61,701 nucleotides of DNA from Clostridiales bacterium UBA1742 (GTDB taxonomy: Bacteria > Bacillota > Clostridia > TANB77 > CAG-508): contig DCHW01000063.1 of NCBI GenBank assembly GCA_002314935.1, positions 1 to 61,701 on the forward strand, written 5' to 3'. The position numbers were made by a program, and so were the translations under genes. Below, one piece after another: positions 1 to 9,321 of this stretch. Numbering within the stretch: position 1 is the first letter of the stretch; every line of letters begins with the position of its first letter. The notes under the pieces are model-generated. The model saw only the letters and a program-made list of their open reading frames with translations. It was not told the DNA's origin and searched no databases.

Positions 1-729
1 TCAGACTGGTGTTTTACAAATTGTAAAAAATCAAATTTTACACTAAAAATATATATTAGTTCACAACAAGAAATATCAACAAATACTTATGGAACAAGTT
101 ATGCTACATTAGAATTTTATAGTTCAGATACTGGTGAATTAAGAGAAGAGTTTTTAGGACAAAGATATAAAGGAAATACAGAAATTAATTTTAATGAAAT
201 ACCAAATGCAGATAAAATAACAATGATAAGACAGAGTGCATTTGAAGGATGTACAAATTTAGAGTTGACAAGTTTACCACCAAATTTGAAAACTATAGAA
301 GGTAGTGCTTTTCAGAATTGTACAAATATAAAAATAAATGAAATGCCAGAAACATTAAACAGAATAGGAGAATCAGCTTTTTATAATTGCACATCAATAG
401 AAAATTTAGAATTTTCAAAAAATACAAATATATTTATTGCAGGTTGTGCATTTAAAAACTGTAGTGGATTAAAAAATGTAAATATACCAAATGTTACAAT
501 TAATACAGGGTTAGGAGGATATCAATTTGAATCTTGTACAAATTTAGAAAATATTACATTAGGAAGTGTAGGAAATCCAGTATTAAATATGTCAGACTGG
601 TGTTTTACAAACTGTAACAAATCAAATCTTATTTTAACTGTATATACAACAAATGAAAATATTACAAATTGGACAAATAGAAATTATGGAATAAATAATG
701 GAACAATTAATTATATAAAAACTAATTAA
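1..729 (+). CDS. BspA-type leucine-rich-repeat surface protein, 5'-partial
   Basis: Frame 1 is open from base 1 to TAA at 727-729. Repeated LRR units are visible (SAFEGCTNLELTSLP, SAFQNCTNIKINEMP, SAFYNCTSIENLEF, CAFKNCSGLKNVNIP). The module end SDWCFTNC.KSN occurs twice. Confidence 0.75.
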   Translation, partial: SDWCFTNCKKSNFTLKIYISSQQEISTNTYGTSYATLEFYSSDTGELREEFLGQRYKGNTEINFNEIPNADKITMIRQSAFEGCTNLELTSLPPNLKTIEGSAFQNCTNIKINEMPETLNRIGESAFYNCTSIENLEFSKNTNIFIAGCAFKNCSGLKNVNIPNVTINTGLGGYQFESCTNLENITLGSVGNPVLNMSDWCFTNCNKSNLILTVYTTNENITNWTNRNYGINNGTINYIKTN

Positions 730-818
730 AAATAATAGTTCTAAAATAAAAAAAATAGCATATATATTTAAAGGACAAACTTTAAAATATATATGTTATT
801 TTTTTATGGAGTGATTAT

Positions 819-1328
819 ATGTTAGTTGTGAAAATTTTAATATATTCTTTTATATTTTTATCTTCATCATTAATAGGAATATTAATATCAAAAAAATATG
901 TAAATAGGGTAAATGAATTAATAGAATTTAAAACAGCATTAAATATGTTTAAAACAAAAATGAAATATACATATGAACCAATACCTGATATTTTTTCAGA
1001 AATTTCAAATAGTTTAAATTCAAATATTTCTAATGTATTTAAAACAGCAAGTAAAAAAATGTGTAAACTTTCTGCAGGCACTGCATGGAATGTAGCTTTA
1101 GAATTAGAAGGGTTAAACATAAGTGAAGAGGACAAAAGTGTATTAGGAAATTTAGGTAAACTTCTTGGAAAAACTGATATATCAGGTCAATTAAATCAAA
1201 TAGAACTAACAACAGAATTTTTAGATAATCAAATTAAAAAGGCAGAACAAGAAAGAATAAAAAATGAAAGATTATATAAAACACTAGGAGTAATTATTGG
1301 AATGACTATTGTTATTATACTTATATAA
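819..1328 (+). CDS. spoIIIAB: stage III sporulation protein AB
   Basis: 169 aa with N- and C-terminal TM segments and SpoIIIAB-like architecture. It sits first in a spoIIIAB-AH gene order. Confidence 0.8.
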   Translation: MLVVKILIYSFIFLSSSLIGILISKKYVNRVNELIEFKTALNMFKTKMKYTYEPIPDIFSEISNSLNSNISNVFKTASKKMCKLSAGTAWNVALELEGLNISEEDKSVLGNLGKLLGKTDISGQLNQIELTTEFLDNQIKKAEQERIKNERLYKTLGVIIGMTIVIILI

Positions 1329-1340
1329 AGGAGAACGGAA

Positions 1341-1535
1341 ATGGACATTGATTTATTATTTAAAATAGCTGCTATTGGAATTCTTGTAGCAGTTCTTCAC
1401 CAAGTATTAGTAAGAGCTGGACGAGAAGATCAAGCAATGATGACAACACTAGCTGGTTTAATAATTGTATTAACAATGGTTATAAAGGAAATTAGTACAT
1501 TATTTAATACAGTAAGAACAATGTTTGGATTGTAA
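1341..1535 (+). CDS. spoIIIAC: stage III sporulation protein AC
   Basis: 64-aa two-TM protein (MDIDLLFKIAAIGILVAVLHQVLVRAGREDQAMM...), typical of SpoIIIAC. RBS AAGGAGAA lies upstream. Confidence 0.9.
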   Translation: MDIDLLFKIAAIGILVAVLHQVLVRAGREDQAMMTTLAGLIIVLTMVIKEISTLFNTVRTMFGL

Positions 1536-1554
1536 TTACGAAAGAAGGTACATA

Positions 1555-1942
1555 TTGGAAATTGTAAAAATTATTGGAGTTCGGAATAATTGCATTAATA
1601 ATAATTATTATATTAAAACAGTACAAGCCAGAATTTAGTGTGTATGTTTCTATAATTGCAGGAATAATAATAATATTTTTAATAATGGACAAGTTATATG
1701 GAATAATAAATTTACTTTTAAATATATCAAATAAAACAGGGACAGGAAGCGAATTTATAGGAATATTACTTAAAATAACTGGAATTGCAATATTAACAGA
1801 ATTTGCTGTAAGTATTTGTAAAGATTCAGGAGAAAATGCAATTGCAAGTAAAATTGATTTAGGAGGAAAGATAATAATTATAAGTATATCAATTCCAATA
1901 ATAACAGCACTATTGGAAATGTTATTAACAATGCTATCATAG
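1555..1942 (+). CDS. spoIIIAD: stage III sporulation protein AD; needs a +1 shift at C1582, or else starts at TTG 1574
   Basis: TTG 1555 with RBS AAGAAGG gives MEIVKIIGV. Skipping C1582 joins it to GIIALIIIIILKQYKPEF... (ORF 1574..1942), reproducing the SpoIIIAD N-terminal pattern. Confidence 0.75.
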
Positions 1943-1950
1943 GAGAAAAA

Positions 1951-3093
1951 ATGTTAAAAAGAATATTAGGTATATTTATTTTAATAATTTTAATATTTAG
2001 TACAACAGTATATTCAAACAATGAAATCTTAAATTCACAAATGGAAGCTTTAAATTTAAAATCATTTATTGCAGAAGGAAAAGAATATACAAAAGAGGTT
2101 TTTCCTGAAATTGATTTACAAAAATTATTAAATTCATCGCTTACAGGAGAAATTGATAATAAAGGAATATTTCAAAGTATAATATTTCTTTTTTCTAATG
2201 AATTTTTTTCTACGATAAAAATACTTGGGACAATACTTATAATAATTGTAATACATAGTATATTAAAAACAATTAGTGAAAACCTTTCAAATAATGGAGT
2301 TTCACAAATTGCATATTATATTCAATACATATTAATTGTTACAGTAATAATGACAAATTTTTCTTCAATAATTACATCGGTAAAAGAAAGTATAAATAAT
2401 TTGGTTGGATGTATTAATACATTAGTACCAATATTACTTGCTCTTTTAACGGCAACAGGAAATGTTACTTCAGCTACAATGATAGAGCCAATAATAATTT
2501 TGGTAACAATTTTTATAGGAAATGGTATAACAACAATTATACTTCCGGTGTTATTAATAGCTACAATTATAGGAATAGTTGCAAATTTGTCTGATAAAGT
2601 TCAAATAGGTAAAATGTCTAAATTTTTTAAATCAGGGATAGTCTGGTTTTTGGGAGCTTTTATATCTGTTTTTGTAGCAATAATTTCATTAGAAGGAAAT
2701 TTAACAAGTAGTGTAGATGGACTGGCTGCTAAAGGAATAAAGGCGACTGTTTCTAATGCAGTTCCAGTTGTGGGAAAAGCTTTAGGAGATTCTGTTGATA
2801 CTGTTTTAGGATGTGCATCATTATTAAAAAATTCTATAGGAATTGTAGGTTTAGTTATTATACTTGGAATTGTAATATCTCCAATTATAAAATTAACATT
2901 GCTAACTATAACATATAAATTTGCATCAGCAATATGTGAACCTATTGCTGATAAAAAAATAATTTCTTTGCTTGAGCAAATGGGAGATACATTTAAAGTA
3001 TTGCTTGGAATTATGTTTTTTGTAGCTACAATGTTTATTGTAGGTATTGCTATAACTATAAAAATTTCTAATACAGGTTTAATGTATAGGTAG
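1951..3093 (+). CDS. spoIIIAE: stage III sporulation protein AE
   Basis: 380-aa polytopic membrane protein with a signal-like N-terminus, at the expected operon position. Confidence 0.85.
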   Translation: MLKRILGIFILIILIFSTTVYSNNEILNSQMEALNLKSFIAEGKEYTKEVFPEIDLQKLLNSSLTGEIDNKGIFQSIIFLFSNEFFSTIKILGTILIIIVIHSILKTISENLSNNGVSQIAYYIQYILIVTVIMTNFSSIITSVKESINNLVGCINTLVPILLALLTATGNVTSATMIEPIIILVTIFIGNGITTIILPVLLIATIIGIVANLSDKVQIGKMSKFFKSGIVWFLGAFISVFVAIISLEGNLTSSVDGLAAKGIKATVSNAVPVVGKALGDSVDTVLGCASLLKNSIGIVGLVIILGIVISPIIKLTLLTITYKFASAICEPIADKKIISLLEQMGDTFKVLLGIMFFVATMFIVGIAITIKISNTGLMYR

Positions 3094-3657
3094 GTGAGTA
3101 AAATAGTAAAGCAAATAAACTCATGGGCACAAGGGATAGTAATTGCAGTTGTTATAGGAGCTATTATTGAATTAATAATTCCAAATGGAAAAAATAAAAA
3201 ATATATAAAAACTGTAATTGGAATATATATTATATTTGTAATAATGTATCCAATAATAAATAAGTTAACTGGAAAAAGTTTAAATTTAAATAATTTAATA
3301 TTAAAAACCGAAACTACTAATACAATATATAACTTAAATATGAATGAGTATATAAATAATAATTACAAAGAAACAATAAAACAAGAAATAGAAATATATT
3401 TAAATTCTAAAGGATATAAATTAAATTCAATTAATATAGAAATTGAAGATAATCAAGAATATGGAAAAATAAATCAAATTATTTTAAATATAAAAGAAGA
3501 AAATAAAACTTTGGTTAATGAAATAAACACAGTAGTAATAGGAAATACAAGTACTAAAAACAAACAAAACAATTTAAATGAAGAACAAACAAACGAAATA
3601 AAAGCATACATAGCTGAAAAATATTCAATTAATTTACAGCAAATAATAATTAATTAG
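3094..3657 (+). CDS. spoIIIAF: stage III sporulation protein AF
   Basis: GTG start abutting the spoIIIAE stop. Two N-terminal TM segments (WAQGIVIAVVIGAIIELIIPNG), at the expected operon position. Confidence 0.75.
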   Translation: MSKIVKQINSWAQGIVIAVVIGAIIELIIPNGKNKKYIKTVIGIYIIFVIMYPIINKLTGKSLNLNNLILKTETTNTIYNLNMNEYINNNYKETIKQEIEIYLNSKGYKLNSINIEIEDNQEYGKINQIILNIKEENKTLVNEINTVVIGNTSTKNKQNNLNEEQTNEIKAYIAEKYSINLQQIIIN

Positions 3658-3677
3658 GTTTATGAAAGGAAGTTATT

Positions 3678-4291
3678 ATGTTTAAAGAAAAATTAGAAAA
3701 GTTAAAAAAGAATTTTGAAAAAAAGACAGAAGAAAATAATAAAAAAAGTATAGAAAATCTTGTATTCTTTTTAATTTTATTAATTGTAACAGTAATTGCA
3801 ATAAATACAATTTGGGGACGGAAGTGAAAAAAACAACAATCATGAAACAAATAGTATGTATAAAGAACTTGCAGAAGAAAATAGTAATATAACTGAAAGC
3901 ACTGAATATAATTTAGAAGAAAAGTTAAAAAACATACTCTCAAATATTTCAGGTGTAGGACAGGTTGACATTTTAATTACATATTCAGAAACAAGTGAAA
4001 CAGTACCAATATATAACGAAAATTCTACAACAAGTAATACAGAAGAAACAGATACAAGTGGTGGAAAAAGAACAATTACAGAATCTAATTCAAACAAAGA
4101 AGTAGTAGTGATAGACGAAAATCGGGACTACAAGATTGGTTACAAGTAAAAACATTATGCCCAAAATAGAAGGAGCAATTGTTACTGCTGAAGGAGCAAA
4201 AAATATAAATATAAAAACAGATATAGTAAATGCAGTTTCTGCTGTAACAGGTCTTGCAGAATATAAAGTACAGGTGTTTGAGAAAAAATAA
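3678..4291 (+). CDS. spoIIIAG: stage III sporulation protein AG; needs +1 shifts at C3819 and C4123
   Basis: ATG 3678 with RBS GAAAGGAAG plus a TM segment, then ORF 3856..4149, then a third frame ending PKIEGAIVTAEGAKNINIKTDIVNAVSAVTGLAEYKVQVFEKK (typical SpoIIIAG C-terminus), TAA 4289-4291. Confidence 0.8.
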
Positions 4292-4325
4292 TATTGTATG
4301 GGTAATTTTTGATTGTACACAAAAA

Positions 4326-4351
4326 TGTAGGGGCAATTTTAATCGCCCGAT
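4326..4351. repeat. G+C-rich palindromic repeat, copy 1 (TGTAGGGGCAATTTTAATCGCCCGAT)
   Basis: 25 of 26 nt identical to the reverse complement of 56824..56849. Core inverted repeat GGGCAATT-TT-AATCGCCC. Confidence 0.8.
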
Positions 4352-4385
4352 CTCTAAAAATTTTCAAAAAGAAAAGGAGAAAAAA

Positions 4386-5009
4386 ATGAAAATATTTAAA
4401 AGAAATCAATTAATAATTTTGGTAATATCATTAATGTTAATTACGGTTGGGTATTTAAACTTTACATCAAATAATTCAACTAATACATTAGAAACAAGTA
4501 CAATTGTTTCTGATAGAGATGATGTAAGCATAGGAGATGCACAATTGGTTGCTGCAAATATTACAGAATTTGAAAATATTACTAGTGAGAATGAAATTGT
4601 TGAAAATGAAAATTTAACAAAAGAAACCACAGAAACCTCATTACAAGTTACAGAAGAAAATGATGATTATTATTTTGAAAAAGCAAAATTAGAAAGAAGC
4701 TCTATGTATTCAGAATTATTAGAAACTTACCAAGAAATATATAATAACGTTAATTCAAACAATGATCAAAAAGCAGATGCTATAAATAAAATAACATATA
4801 TAAACAATACAAAAAACGCAATAATGATTGCAGAAAATTTAATAATGGCAAAAGATTTTGAAAATGTTATTATATTTGTAAATGATGAAAGTATAAGTGT
4901 AGTTATAAAAATTGAAGAGCTAAAAACAGAGGACGTGGCACAAATACAAAACATAATTTCTAGAGAATTAAATGTAGAGACAGAAAAAATTCATATAAGT
5001 AATAGATAA
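4386..5009 (+). CDS. spoIIIAH: stage III sporulation protein AH
   Basis: ATG 4386 after RBS AAAGGAGAAAAAA. N-terminal TM segment, acidic linker and a C-terminal YscJ-like region (ISVVIKIEELKTEDVAQIQNIISRELNV). Last gene of the operon. Confidence 0.8.
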   Translation: MKIFKRNQLIILVISLMLITVGYLNFTSNNSTNTLETSTIVSDRDDVSIGDAQLVAANITEFENITSENEIVENENLTKETTETSLQVTEENDDYYFEKAKLERSSMYSELLETYQEIYNNVNSNNDQKADAINKITYINNTKNAIMIAENLIMAKDFENVIIFVNDESISVVIKIEELKTEDVAQIQNIISRELNVETEKIHISNR

Positions 5010-5040
5010 AAAGAAATACATATAAAGTATTTCTTTTTTC
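5010..5040 (+). terminator. rho-independent terminator after spoIIIAH
   Basis: Stem AAGAAATAC / GTATTTCTT followed by a T-run. Confidence 0.75.
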
Positions 5041-5041
5041 A

Positions 5042-5070
5042 TTGACAAGGTAAAAAGTTAAATATATAAT
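5042..5070 (+). promoter_or_regulatory. consensus sigma-A type promoter for the polysaccharide locus
   Basis: TTGACA (5042-5047), 17-nt spacer, TATAAT (5065-5070). Confidence 0.7.
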
Positions 5071-5110
5071 AAACTCAATAAAAACACTTAAAAATATGGG
5101 GGAATAGTAA

Positions 5111-7093
5111 ATGCAGTCTTTAAGAAAATACAGAGTAACAGTACTTGTAATAACAGACATATTAATAATTTGTGCTGCTCAATTTATAAGTGGTTTTTTA
5201 ATGTCTAAAAATAATGTTTTATATACAGATTCATACATGAAAACACTTGCAAATACAATAATAGCATCTATAGTTGTGTATGAAGCTGTTTTTGTTATAT
5301 TTAAGACATATATGAATATTACAAGATATGAAAACGGAAAAGATTATATAAGTTATATAATTTTATCTATGTTGTCAGGTGGAATAATATTTTTAACTGC
5401 ATTTTTATTTAGATTACCATTTGTAGAAAGTAAACAAATAATGTTATCTACAATATTAATATCAGTTGCTGTTGTATCATATAGAGTAATAATTAGATTT
5501 ATACTTACAGGAGACGGTACAGGAGTAAAACAAAATACAGGTAAAAATAATTTATTAATAATTGGTGCAGGAGAAGCTGCAAGAGAACTAATTAAAACTG
5601 CAAAAACAAATTTTAAATTAACATATAATATTGTTGGATTAATAGATGATAATCCAAATAAGATTGGTTACTTTATATCTGGAAAACAAATTTTAGGAAG
5701 TAGATTTGATATTCCAAGAATTTGTGAAGAAAAAAATGTAAAAACAATATTCTTTTCAATTGCAAATATTAATAGTATAAATAAAAAACAAATATTAACA
5801 ATATGCCAAGAAACAGGAGCAAAAATAAGAATTTTACCAGGAATGGTAGACATAATAAAAAACAAATCTTTATTAAGCAACTTAAGAGATGTAGAAATTG
5901 AAGATTTACTAGGAAGAGATGCCATAGAACTAGAAAACGAAAATATAGAAGAACTTATAAAAGATAAATGCGTTTTGATAACTGGTGGTGGAGGATCTAT
6001 TGGTTCAGAACTTTGTAGACAAGTTGTAAAACACAATCCTAAAACATTAGTAATATTCGACATATACGAAAATAATTTATACAATATACAAATGGAATTA
6101 AGGCAAAATAATTTTGATCAAAAAACAAATATAGTAGCTGTTGTTGGAAGTGTTAGAGACAAATCAAGATTAGATGAAGTATTTAAAAGATATAAGCCAT
6201 ATATTGTATTTCATGCAGCTGCACATAAACATGTTCCATTAATGGAAGTAAGTCCATTAGAAGCAATAAAAAATAATGTTTTTGGAACATATAATACTGT
6301 TAATATAGCAGATAAATATAACGTAAAAAAATTTATATTAATTTCTACAGATAAAGCAGTAAATCCAACAAATATTATGGGCGCAACAAAAAGAATGTGT
6401 GAAATGATAGTACAAGCCAAAAATAATGTAAGTAAAACAGAATTTGCTGCAGTTAGATTTGGAAATGTTTTAGGAAGTAATGGATCTGTACTTCCACTAT
6501 TTAAAAAACAAATATCAATTGGAGGTCCTGTAACTGTAACACATAAAGAAATAACAAGATTTTTTATGACAATACCAGAAGCAGTTGGATTGGTTTTACA
6601 AGCTGCAAGTTATGCAAAAGGTGGAGAAGTTTTTGTATTAGATATGGGAGAACCTGTTAAAATATATGATTTAGCAGAGAGTTTAATAAAATTATCAGGA
6701 TTAGAACCAAATGTTGATATACAAATAAAAATAACTGGATTAAGACCTGGAGAAAAACTTTATGAAGAATTACTTATGTCAGAGGAAGGTTTAAAACAAA
6801 CTGCACATAATAAAATATTTATAGGGAATCCAGGAAGTATAAAAATAAAAGAACTTAAAGAAAAAATAAAACAATTAAAAGAACTTACACAACACGAATC
6901 TATTAGTAGTGTAGAAATAAAAGAAACAATGAAAAAAATTGTGCCAACATATCACGAACCAGATGAAATGAATATAACTCAAAAAAATTCTAGACAAGAA
7001 ATTCAAAGTAAAATAATAGATACTGCTGTTAAAGTGAAAAAAATAGCAGATTACAATAAAGTTACAAAAGAACAAACTTTAAAAGAAGCGTAA
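5111..7093 (+). CDS. capD: membrane-anchored polysaccharide biosynthesis protein, CapD/PglF-like NDP-sugar 4,6-dehydratase
   Basis: 660 aa with four N-terminal TM segments. Two Rossmann motifs (LLIIGAGEAA; VLITGGGGSIGSEL) and a GATKR-type motif (IMGATKRMCE). Confidence 0.85.
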   Translation: MQSLRKYRVTVLVITDILIICAAQFISGFLMSKNNVLYTDSYMKTLANTIIASIVVYEAVFVIFKTYMNITRYENGKDYISYIILSMLSGGIIFLTAFLFRLPFVESKQIMLSTILISVAVVSYRVIIRFILTGDGTGVKQNTGKNNLLIIGAGEAARELIKTAKTNFKLTYNIVGLIDDNPNKIGYFISGKQILGSRFDIPRICEEKNVKTIFFSIANINSINKKQILTICQETGAKIRILPGMVDIIKNKSLLSNLRDVEIEDLLGRDAIELENENIEELIKDKCVLITGGGGSIGSELCRQVVKHNPKTLVIFDIYENNLYNIQMELRQNNFDQKTNIVAVVGSVRDKSRLDEVFKRYKPYIVFHAAAHKHVPLMEVSPLEAIKNNVFGTYNTVNIADKYNVKKFILISTDKAVNPTNIMGATKRMCEMIVQAKNNVSKTEFAAVRFGNVLGSNGSVLPLFKKQISIGGPVTVTHKEITRFFMTIPEAVGLVLQAASYAKGGEVFVLDMGEPVKIYDLAESLIKLSGLEPNVDIQIKITGLRPGEKLYEELLMSEEGLKQTAHNKIFIGNPGSIKIKELKEKIKQLKELTQHESISSVEIKETMKKIVPTYHEPDEMNITQKNSRQEIQSKIIDTAVKVKKIADYNKVTKEQTLKEA

Positions 7094-7102
7094 AGGAATA
7101 AA

Positions 7103-7538
7103 ATGAAAAAGAAAATTTTAATTTTTTTATTAATAATTTGGATGATAACTGTATTTTTCTTTTCAATGGAACAGGCAGAAAGATCAAGCAATACAAGTGG
7201 AAAAGTAATAAAAACAGTATTAAAAGTAACAAATCAACCACAAACAAAAGAAAATGTAGAAAAGTTACAATTTCCTGTTAGAAAATTAGCACACCTTACA
7301 TTGTATACAATTGGTGGAATAATAGCTATTTTATTATTAAACGAATATGATATTTCAATAAGAAAGAAAATATTAATTAGTGAATTAATAATACTTTTAT
7401 ATGCAATATCAGATGAAATACATCAATATTTTATTCCAGGAAGAGGAGCAAAAATAACAGATGTATTAATAGATTCTGTTGGGCGGATTAATTGGAATAT
7501 TAATAATAGGAATGTTTGTAAAGAAAAAAAACAATTAA
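7103..7538 (+). CDS. VanZ-like membrane protein; needs a +1 shift at C7484
   Basis: VanZ-like motifs KLAHLTLY and SDEIHQYFIPGRGAKITDVLIDSVG. Skipping C7484 gives GLIGILIIGMFVKKKNN* (final TM segment), stop 7536-7538, clear of the next gene's RBS. Confidence 0.75.
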
Positions 7539-7554
7539 AAGAAGGAAAAATAAA

Positions 7555-8148
7555 ATGTACAAAAAAATTATAAAAAGAATATTGGACTTTGTTCTATCTT
7601 TAATAGGATTAATAGCTTTATTGCCATTTTTTTTAATATTTGCAATAATCATTAAAATAGAGTCAAGAGGACCAATTTTCTTCAAACAGGAACGAATTGG
7701 AAAAAACAAAAAAATTTTTAAAATATATAAATTTAGAACAATGAGGACAGATACACCAAAAGATATGCCAACTCATATGTTAAAAAATGCTGATGCGTAT
7801 ATAACGAAATTTGGAAAATTTATGAGAAAAACAAGCATAGATGAGTTACCACAGCTAATTAACATATTAAAAGGTGAAATGACAATAATTGGTCCAAGAC
7901 CAGCACTTTGGAATCAAGAAGATTTAATAGAAGAAAGAGATAAATACAATGTTAATAGTGTTAAACCAGGACTAACTGGATGGGCACAAGTAAATGGAAG
8001 AGATGAATTAGAAATACCAATAAAGGCAAAATTTGATGGAGAATATATAAGAAAAATATCATTTGTATTTGATATAAAGATATTCTTAAAAACAATTATA
8101 AAAGTATTTAAACATGATGGAATTGTAGAAGGAACAAAAGAGGTGTAA
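7555..8148 (+). CDS. undecaprenyl-phosphate sugar phosphotransferase (bacterial sugar transferase family, PglC/WbaP C-terminal type)
   Basis: 197 aa with one N-terminal TM segment. Motifs FKQERIGKNKK.F.IYKFRTM, DELPQL.N.LKGEM..IGPRP and GLTGWAQVNGR. Confidence 0.9.
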   Translation: MYKKIIKRILDFVLSLIGLIALLPFFLIFAIIIKIESRGPIFFKQERIGKNKKIFKIYKFRTMRTDTPKDMPTHMLKNADAYITKFGKFMRKTSIDELPQLINILKGEMTIIGPRPALWNQEDLIEERDKYNVNSVKPGLTGWAQVNGRDELEIPIKAKFDGEYIRKISFVFDIKIFLKTIIKVFKHDGIVEGTKEV

Positions 8149-8154
8149 AAATTA

Positions 8155-9321
8155 GTGAATAAAAAGAAAGTATTATTCGTGGCAACAGTTAATTCCCATA
8201 TTGAAAATTTTCATCTGCCATATTTGAAAATGTTTAAAGACAAAGAATATGAAGTTAGTGTATGTACAGGAGAAAAAGGTGAAATTCAATATTGTGATAA
8301 AAAATATGAAATTTCGGTTACAAGAAGTCCATATAAAATTAATAATTTAAAAGCTATTAAACAACTAAGAAAAATAATAGAAGAAGAAAAATTTGATATT
8401 ATTCATTGCCATACACCAATGGGAAGCGTTGTTACAAGATTAGCCGCAAAAAATGCAAAAAAAAAATATGGAACAAGAGTAATATATACAGCACATGGAT
8501 TTCATTTCTATAAAGGAGCATCATTATTAAACTGGTTGTTATTTTATCCAGTCGAATGGTATTTAGCAAAATATACAGATACGTTAATTACAATAAATAC
8601 AGAAGATTATGAAAGAGCAAAGAAAAAATTTAGTAAAAGATGTAAAGATATCCAATATGTTCCAGGTGTCGGAATTGATGAAAAAAAGTTTGATTTTGAA
8701 ATGTCACAGGAAGAAAAACATCTACTAAAAAAATCTTTAGGCTTAAAAGATGATGATTTTGTGTTAACATGTGTAGCAAGATTAGATAAAAATAAAAATC
8801 AGGGATTTTTAATTAAATGCATGAAAGATTTGACAAAAGAAAATGATAAAATCAAATTATTATTAATTGGACCAGATGAATTAAATGGATATTATCAAAA
8901 TTTAGTCAAAAAATATAATTTGGAAAAAAATATATATTTTTTAGGTAAAAGAAAAGATGTACCACAATTATTAAAAATAGCAAATATAGTAGTAAGTGCT
9001 TCAAAAAGAGAGGGGCTGCCGGTAAATATATTAGAAGCTTTAGCTTCTGAGAAACCAGTGGTATCTTTAAAATGTAGAGGAATAAATGATTTAATACAAA
9101 ACGAGAAAAATGGTTTTTTGGTAAATAAAAGTAATTATAAAATATTTTGTAAATATATTGAAAAAATATATAAAAATGGAAACATTATAAAAATTAAAAA
9201 AAATGATATAAAACAACTGAATATTGGAAATACAGTAAAAAAAATGAGAAATATTTATTTAATTGAGGATGATGAAAATAAAAGTGAAAAAGAGTTTAAT
9301 AATTATAGATTTAATATTTAA
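8155..9321 (+). CDS. glycosyltransferase family 4
   Basis: GTG start, 388 aa. GT-B features (HCHTPMG; RLDKNKNQ; ASKREGLPVNILEALA). Confidence 0.8.
   Translation: MNKKKVLFVATVNSHIENFHLPYLKMFKDKEYEVSVCTGEKGEIQYCDKKYEISVTRSPYKINNLKAIKQLRKIIEEEKFDIIHCHTPMGSVVTRLAAKNAKKKYGTRVIYTAHGFHFYKGASLLNWLLFYPVEWYLAKYTDTLITINTEDYERAKKKFSKRCKDIQYVPGVGIDEKKFDFEMSQEEKHLLKKSLGLKDDDFVLTCVARLDKNKNQGFLIKCMKDLTKENDKIKLLLIGPDELNGYYQNLVKKYNLEKNIYFLGKRKDVPQLLKIANIVVSASKREGLPVNILEALASEKPVVSLKCRGINDLIQNEKNGFLVNKSNYKIFCKYIEKIYKNGNIIKIKKNDIKQLNIGNTVKKMRNIYLIEDDENKSEKEFNNYRFNI

Noticed and set aside
4254-4385. 5' extension of the spoIIIAH ORF (MQNIKYRCLRKNNIVWV...)
   Set aside because: It overlaps the spoIIIAG 3' end and the palindromic repeat, and has no RBS. 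ATG 4386 has a strong AAAGGAG RBS and begins the expected TM anchor.
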